Below are positions 58,538 to 64,000 of a stretch of DNA of 64,000 bases, in pieces. The position numbers and the translations under genes are program-made. Every line of letters starts with the position of its first letter. The first letter of the stretch is position 1. The notes beneath the pieces are model-generated. The model searched no databases, was not told the origin of the DNA, and worked only from the letters and a program-made list of their open reading frames with translations. The DNA comes from Minisyncoccia bacterium. Lineage in GTDB: Bacteria; Patescibacteriota; Minisyncoccia; Phycocordibacterales; UBA5272. The stretch lies in contig JBDHUS010000001.1 in assembly GCA_039809325.1 (NCBI GenBank), positions 391 to 64,390 on the forward strand, in the 5' to 3' direction.

Positions 58538-59494
58538 ATGAAAGGATTAACAAAGATATTAAATAAAGACACATTATCTGGTAAAGACAGAGCTTTACTT
58601 TTAATTTACAGTAGTATAGAAAAAGAAAAGAATGGAAAAGCTATTCTAGAAGAACATGATATTACAGCAATTAGAAGTTTTAATGATATTAAAATAAAAG
58701 GACCAGATGGTAAGTTAAATTATTTTAAAAGAAATAGAGTTATTGATGAATTCAATCTATACATTGAAAACATGAATAGTTTTCAAGAAGTCAGAGCTCA
58801 AATAAAAGTTATCTATTTAGATTTACAAAATAGGATCAATAAAGTTGGAAGAGTAATTGATCATTTTGTCTGGAAAGAAAATCCTGATTTTAAAAATATT
58901 GATAAATATATATTAGAAGAAGAAGGTGTCTTAGATCTAATCTTAGATAATACATATATAGTCTATGAAGATCTTATTAATGAGATAGACGATAAAGAAA
59001 AGAAAGCTATTGAAGAACTGATTAAGAATCAAGAAATAGAGATCGTAAACAATAAAGACGGAATATCTCTCATCACTGGTAGGAGTATATATAACCTAAA
59101 AAGTGAGCATGAATTCAAAAAGGATTACTTAAACGAAATTGATAAGTTAAAAGATTTCTTTAAGATTATTTGGTTTATAAAAGAAAGAAAAATAGAAGAA
59201 GATTATTCTAATTTCTTGAAATTTAAAAACATAATGGAAAAAGCTTCAGAATTCTTTGAAATAGAATTAGATGGAGAAATCAAAGAATACATAGAAGAAT
59301 TAGAAGATGATTTTAGAAGTATGAATATCTCCTTATTATACATCTTTGAGAAATCAATTAAAAATTGTGTATCTTTATCTATACCGCTAGAGATAGATTT
59401 TGATAAGATACTGCTAAGAAATAATATTGAAACAGAAGATTCTAAAATCTATCTAAAAGCTTTAGATCTTTTGAAAGATATATTTATAGATTAG
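58538..59494 (+). CDS. Hypothetical protein
   Basis: 318 aa, helical, acidic; no motif recognised. Confidence 0.75.
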   Translation: MKGLTKILNKDTLSGKDRALLLIYSSIEKEKNGKAILEEHDITAIRSFNDIKIKGPDGKLNYFKRNRVIDEFNLYIENMNSFQEVRAQIKVIYLDLQNRINKVGRVIDHFVWKENPDFKNIDKYILEEEGVLDLILDNTYIVYEDLINEIDDKEKKAIEELIKNQEIEIVNNKDGISLITGRSIYNLKSEHEFKKDYLNEIDKLKDFFKIIWFIKERKIEEDYSNFLKFKNIMEKASEFFEIELDGEIKEYIEELEDDFRSMNISLLYIFEKSIKNCVSLSIPLEIDFDKILLRNNIETEDSKIYLKALDLLKDIFID

Positions 59495-60245
59495 TTATTT
59501 CTTCTTTCTTTTCTTCTGTAAGAACTTCCACTTTTTCTTCTTTTGCTTTTGGTATAGATTTAGTAGTATTAGTCTTCATCTTTGGTTTTGGGACATCTAA
59601 AGCTAAAACTATTATTTGATAAATAGAATCTAATATATCTTCATTAGAAAAATTAACTCCAGTTTTAGTTTTAAGATTCTTTTTAAGAAGTTTGATAACT
59701 GATTCATCAAAAAGATATTTAGATAAAGATAATGGAGATAGACTATCTATCTTTTTCCAATATTCATCTAAAAGATTTTTATTAATAGACTTTTTAGTTA
59801 TTAATTCAAATAGATTAAAACATTCTTTATAACTAGAATCATTTAATAAATCTATATCAAATACTAATTTAGAAAAGACTGGTTTAGCAAACATTACTTT
59901 GTATAATTGAAAATTACGACCATTTAAAAGTAATATCCAATCAATACCCTCACCTGCGGCATAACCTAGACTTTGTCTTAAATGACTATCACTTAATTTT
60001 GTTCCCAGTGATTTTACTTCAACGACTATTTTCTTTTTCTTACCTATTTGGATAACATAATCAGCATAACCTCCCCCTATCTCATATTCTGTTTTGATTT
60101 CTTCATTTGGAATATATCCTAAGACATTTCTTAGAAAATCATTAACTAAAAGTCTAGTTCCACTCTCATTAAGTTTTGGATTATTTTTAAATGCTATAGT
60201 TAGTTCTTTTTTATAATCCTTGATTTCATCTTTAAAAGTTTTCAT
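59484..60245 (-). CDS. Type I restriction enzyme HsdR N-terminal-like PD-(D/E)xK nuclease
   Basis: NESGTR...LGY...EY...ADY...VEVK...Q...YA...W.LL.NG; no helicase domain. Confidence 0.85.
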   Translation of the reverse strand: MKTFKDEIKDYKKELTIAFKNNPKLNESGTRLLVNDFLRNVLGYIPNEEIKTEYEIGGGYADYVIQIGKKKKIVVEVKSLGTKLSDSHLRQSLGYAAGEGIDWILLLNGRNFQLYKVMFAKPVFSKLVFDIDLLNDSSYKECFNLFELITKKSINKNLLDEYWKKIDSLSPLSLSKYLFDESVIKLLKKNLKTKTGVNFSNEDILDSIYQIIVLALDVPKPKMKTNTTKSIPKAKEEKVEVLTEEKKEEITNL

Positions 60246-60249
60246 ATGA

Positions 60250-60711
60250 TTAATTTTTAGCTTTATCTTTTAATTCATCTAAGACCTTTTTTAATTCATA
60301 AGGTTCAGAGATATATTTTAAAACTACTTCTTTACCTCCTGTCCCTGCTGTATCGATAGCGATAGCTCCAGTCTTAAAAATAACTCTATCTAAAAATGGT
60401 TCTCTGATAAGAACATCAGTAATCTTATGATAATCAATACTTACTAAACTTGTAGAAAGCCAACCTTTGTGTATTAAAACTCTTTTATTTGTAAAAGCGT
60501 AAGCATTTGCTCTTTTGATATAGAAAAGGAAATAGAAAAGATGAAAAATTAAAAATGGAATTCCTATGAAAGCAAAACTTAAAAGACCCCATATTATTAT
60601 TCCAGCTATTAAGCTTATCTTTATATATTGCCCACTTATAGAAAATTCTTTTTCTATAACTTCATCTTTTGACAAAACTTTTTTCCAAACATTTTCGTTA
60701 GTTGTTTGCAT
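60250..60711 (-). CDS. Membrane protein with bacterial PH (bPH_2-like) domain
   Basis: Two TMs, then YAFTNKRVLIHKGWL...I.Y.KITDV...F.DR.IF..G.I.I.TAG. Confidence 0.85.
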   Translation of the reverse strand: MQTTNENVWKKVLSKDEVIEKEFSISGQYIKISLIAGIIIWGLLSFAFIGIPFLIFHLFYFLFYIKRANAYAFTNKRVLIHKGWLSTSLVSIDYHKITDVLIREPFLDRVIFKTGAIAIDTAGTGGKEVVLKYISEPYELKKVLDELKDKAKN

Positions 60712-60759
60712 AAATTTGTAGCGGTTTTAATTTTTAATATCTAAATGAGTCTCTCTGAC

Positions 60760-60851
60760 AAAAGACTCTCCACCATTGCGATTCTTGTTTCCAAGAACCC
60801 ATATCCGTTTCCAGATATGACCGCTACAGTGACTCTGATGGAGAGTCTTTT
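60760..60851 (-). ncRNA. c4-antisense-like cloverleaf RNA
   Basis: 16-bp closing stem, two GAAA-tetraloop hairpins, single-stranded ACUGUAGCGGU complementary to CCGCTACA sites on both flanks. Confidence 0.7.
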
Positions 60852-61017
60852 ATACTGTAGCGGATATTTTCTAACCATGCCTAGCAAATGCTAAGTTTAG
60901 GCTATTTGTAATAATATTTTAGCATAAATACGAGAGTATTTATAGCATTGTGTATCTTAGCTTAAATAAAGGAAAAATAATAACGTGAATGCTAAGATAA
61001 TGCTAAAAAAAGAAAAA

Positions 61018-63132
61018 CTATCCCTCCACAACTTGTCTGACTTTTTCTGCTAGTTTTTCCGAAAATTCTTTTATATTAACATTTGCTATATTATCTGAAT
61101 AAAATGTTTTAACATGCTCAGTACCTGAACCTATACCAAGCCCAATAATATGAACATCTTTTTCCTGTTCTATCTTTTTTACTATTTCTTTCAAATCATA
61201 TCCTTCATGCTGTGGAGACTCTACTGGAACACCATCAGATAGCACAAATAATATTTTCTTTTTTTCTTCTCTATTTTTTATTTTCTTATACATTTCGTCC
61301 ACAGCCCATCCATCATCATTATAATCTGCTCTACCACCACTATGATTATCAACTTCACTTAACATATCTTCTGTACCCTCTCTAAGATCATCAGTATAAT
61401 CTTCGTCAAATTCTTTATATTCATATAGTCTATCATTAAATCCTGCCACAGATAATTTAATCCCTATATTTCTAAGAGCTTCGCAAAGGACTACTACAGC
61501 CTTATAAGTTTCACTGATTTTCGTACCACTCATACTTCCAGATAAATCTACCAATATTTGAATTGCGTAGTCTTTTTCTAAAGGTAATTCTTTTTTCATA
61601 AAAACGTTTAGACTGTCTACTCCTGTGGCTTCACCTCTAATTTCTCTTTTTACGTCTATCATCATTCCACTTCTATAACCAGAATTCCAAGCGTTTCTTT
61701 TTCTCTCAATAAAAATATCTCTTAATTCATTTTCTAACTTAAATATTATGGGAGATACATCTTCAAGAACCTTTTGGTAACTATTTTGTCCATTATATTT
61801 TTCTCTATCAAAATCTTTTTTAGCTTTTTCAATAGCTTCCTTTAAAGCTTGTCTCATTTTATCTCTTCTTTCTCTCTCATTATCTTTTGAGTAATCTTTT
61901 TCTTCTCTTTGAGATTTATCATCTTTGGATTTTTCTTCCGAATCACTACTTGTTTCTTTCTCTTTTTGTAGTTCAGCTTTAGATTCTAAGTATTCATTCA
62001 TCTCTTTCTCTATTTCTCTAATTATTTGATCTGCTTTTTCTTTTATTTCTTGATCAGACATTTTAGAAGGATTGGATTTATTATCTTGAATATCTGGATC
62101 ACTTAGAGTAGAGTTTACATCTTGTTGTGAATTTTCATTTTGTTTATTAGATTTTTCTCCATCCATATTATCAGGTCTTTGTTCTTCTTCAGTCTTATTA
62201 GAATTATCTTTAGTTTCACCTTCTTTACTTTGTGGTTTCCGATTATCTTTTTCACCCTCTCCAGAATTTTGCTCTTTATTTACTTCTTGATTTTTATTTT
62301 CACTTTTTTGATTATCATCTTGTCTTATTTTATCTTCTGTGTCCTTTGTATCTGAATCAACTAAAGTTTTAAAAACAGGCCAGACTTCTTCTAGATTTAT
62401 TTTATATGACTCTCTAGCATACTCTTGTACGACTTGCTCTCCATCTAATTTTTCTCCATTTAACAGCATACCTTTCTCTACCTCTTTTCTAAGTGGATAA
62501 GTTAGCCAACTTCTTCTTGCAGAACTAAGAGTTTTTTCTACCACTTCTATTACTTCCTTTGGAAGTTCTTTGTCTATTTCTATCTTTTCTCCTTTTGTCT
62601 CAGCAATCCATTGCTTTATGTATTCAAGTCCTGCTTGCATGAATCTGGGGACTCTTCCAACTTTTTGTTTTGCTTTTTCTTTCATTTTTCTTTCAAATTC
62701 AGCATCGAGATCATACGAAAATATCATCTCTTGCTTAAACTTTGGTACATTGTCGGCGACATAGTTATTCATCCTAGGATCTTCTATTGCATTCATCATA
62801 GAAGAAAACCCTGGTTGATTCCATATTTCATCTGGAATGATACCTATAACCCTAGAAATTTTTCTATGTCCAGCTTCATGTTGAATAACAAAACGTAGAT
62901 AATCAATTGGTTTTTCCAATAAATCTTTTGCGTCACACCTCACAATATTATTCTTAAAATCCCAATGCCAACCTTGACCCTCATTAACCTCTACCTTCAT
63001 ACTTACATCAGTTGCTACCATTCTACAAAGTGGAGTCAACAAAGATAATCTTTGTTTTATTATTTTTCTGTCTTCATAATTAAAATTATCAAGAATACTG
63101 TGTTTTTTACCAAAAGATTCTAATCTGTCCAT
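61018..63132 (-). CDS. vWA-domain protein with N-terminal HExxH domain (CobT-like architecture)
   Basis: QHEAGH...NAIEDPR.N, acidic low-complexity linker, MIDAS DLSGSM, LSDG.P, GLGIG. Confidence 0.85.
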   Translation of the reverse strand: MDRLESFGKKHSILDNFNYEDRKIIKQRLSLLTPLCRMVATDVSMKVEVNEGQGWHWDFKNNIVRCDAKDLLEKPIDYLRFVIQHEAGHRKISRVIGIIPDEIWNQPGFSSMMNAIEDPRMNNYVADNVPKFKQEMIFSYDLDAEFERKMKEKAKQKVGRVPRFMQAGLEYIKQWIAETKGEKIEIDKELPKEVIEVVEKTLSSARRSWLTYPLRKEVEKGMLLNGEKLDGEQVVQEYARESYKINLEEVWPVFKTLVDSDTKDTEDKIRQDDNQKSENKNQEVNKEQNSGEGEKDNRKPQSKEGETKDNSNKTEEEQRPDNMDGEKSNKQNENSQQDVNSTLSDPDIQDNKSNPSKMSDQEIKEKADQIIREIEKEMNEYLESKAELQKEKETSSDSEEKSKDDKSQREEKDYSKDNERERRDKMRQALKEAIEKAKKDFDREKYNGQNSYQKVLEDVSPIIFKLENELRDIFIERKRNAWNSGYRSGMMIDVKREIRGEATGVDSLNVFMKKELPLEKDYAIQILVDLSGSMSGTKISETYKAVVVLCEALRNIGIKLSVAGFNDRLYEYKEFDEDYTDDLREGTEDMLSEVDNHSGGRADYNDDGWAVDEMYKKIKNREEKKKILFVLSDGVPVESPQHEGYDLKEIVKKIEQEKDVHIIGLGIGSGTEHVKTFYSDNIANVNIKEFSEKLAEKVRQVVEG

Positions 63133-63164
63133 ATTAGCTTGATTATAACATACTAACCATAATC

Positions 63165-64000
63165 TTATTCTAGATAAATAGATCTTTTAATTTTATAACA
63201 ATTGCCCCATTTTAAAAGACCTTTATATGAATTTTTATTATTTTCATTTAGGTTTTTTACCATCTTTATTTTTGTTGTCTTTCTTAGGATTCTGTATTTT
63301 GGGAAATTTATAAAACCTAGAAAATCCATTCCACTATAGACTGTCCTAATAATTTCCTTATGTACTACCAAGTGTAAATGTTCAAGACAAAATGTTTTTA
63401 ATATATATCTAAATTCTTCTGCTTCTTGAAGAGAATCAAAAAAACATACTATATCATCTGCATACCTAATATAATATTTAATTTTACAAATATGTTTAGA
63501 GAAGAAGTCCAACTCATTTAAATAAACATTTATAAATAATTGGGAAGTTAGATTTCCTAAGGCCAGTCCTTTTTCTTGGCTAAATATTATCTCCCTACAT
63601 AAATTGATAATATCTTTGTCAGAAATATATTTTGATAATATCTTAATTAAAATATCTTGATCTATACTCTGGAAACACTTTTTTATATCAAACTTCAAAA
63701 CCCAAGCTTGCTTTGTATAATTCAGAGTTATCTCTCTAGAAAATTTTTCATATCTAAGTATAGCTTTATGTGTACCTTTAAATTTCCTAGAACTATAGGA
63801 ATCATAAATAAATCTTTTATCAAAATAATCGTATAAGAAATTATATACCAATTTGTGAACTATTCTGTCTATAACAGTAGCTTTATTAATCAATCGAGTT
63901 TTTGTATCGACTATTTTAAAATTTGTATAAGGCCCATGTTTATATGAATTATTTTTCAAATCTTTAAATATATCAAATAATTGATCACCAGATTTAAAAT
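63165..64000 (-). CDS. Reverse transcriptase, DGR type (5' end outside window)
   Basis: DRIVH, YDSYSSR..KGTH, DIKKCF.SI, GLALGNLTSQ, YIRYADD, DFLG; frame open to the window edge. Confidence 0.9.
   Translation of the reverse strand, partial: FKSGDQLFDIFKDLKNNSYKHGPYTNFKIVDTKTRLINKATVIDRIVHKLVYNFLYDYFDKRFIYDSYSSRKFKGTHKAILRYEKFSREITLNYTKQAWVLKFDIKKCFQSIDQDILIKILSKYISDKDIINLCREIIFSQEKGLALGNLTSQLFINVYLNELDFFSKHICKIKYYIRYADDIVCFFDSLQEAEEFRYILKTFCLEHLHLVVHKEIIRTVYSGMDFLGFINFPKYRILRKTTKIKMVKNLNENNKNSYKGLLKWGNCYKIKRSIYLE

Larger units (their letters stand above)
53016..64000. mobile_element. Prophage/ICE-like genomic island (boundaries uncertain; may extend beyond window)
   Basis: ImmA/ImmR pair, phage-type DNA MTases, terminase-small-like HTH, HsdR-N nuclease, c4-like RNA, DGR-type RT; break in strand bias. 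No integrase visible. Confidence 0.6.

Noticed and set aside
1002-62898. Numerous short opposite-strand ORFs in the track (e.g. 1002-1289, 13620-13988, 16559-16984, 18654-18851, 50187-50510, 62611-62898)
   Set aside because: They lie antisense within confident genes and have F/S/L/I-rich shadow composition.
1-64000. Alternative genetic code or systematic stop-codon recoding
   Set aside because: Housekeeping genes translate full-length under code 11; the read-through cases involve both TAA and TAG and are confined to pilin tails and the broken tsaC.

Overview
Very AT-rich bacterial chromosome segment, most consistent with a Patescibacteria/CPR (Parcubacteria-like) genome. The evidence is a short EF-Ts, homodimeric GlyRS, a pilin-like gene array, rplK not followed by rplA, and AU-rich leaders with no Shine-Dalgarno. 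Positions 1-52.4 kb are mostly housekeeping genes on the minus strand (tsf, rpsB, rplY, rpmG, glyQS, gyrA, ftsH, smpB, ssrA, infC-rpmI-rplT, ndk, rpsF-ssb-rpsR, metG, ileS with T-box, argS, thyA-folA, secE-nusG-rplK, tRNA-His). They are interrupted by a pilin-like surface locus (5.5-12.7 kb) and a tail-spike-like adhesin frameshifted at a poly-G tract (15.9-19.0 kb). From about 53 kb lies a prophage/ICE-like island: an ImmA/ImmR-type switch with four operators, a Cas2-fold small protein, two DNA methyltransferases, an HsdR-N-like nuclease, a PH-domain protein, a vWA protein and a DGR-type reverse transcriptase cut by the window edge. The most notable signals not shown in the ORF track are: a c4-antisense-like cloverleaf RNA with two matching target sites (60.7-60.9 kb); a promoter-driven ~55-nt RNA convergent on an NYN nuclease gene; a ~170-nt standalone structured RNA at 30.4-30.6 kb; silent in-frame C-terminal tails behind stop codons in two pilin genes; a 23-bp REP-like hairpin family, one copy of which sits inside an ultrashort-Stem-I T-box; and a duplicated tmRNA 3' end. 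All calls come from reading the sequence by eye; no database searches were run.
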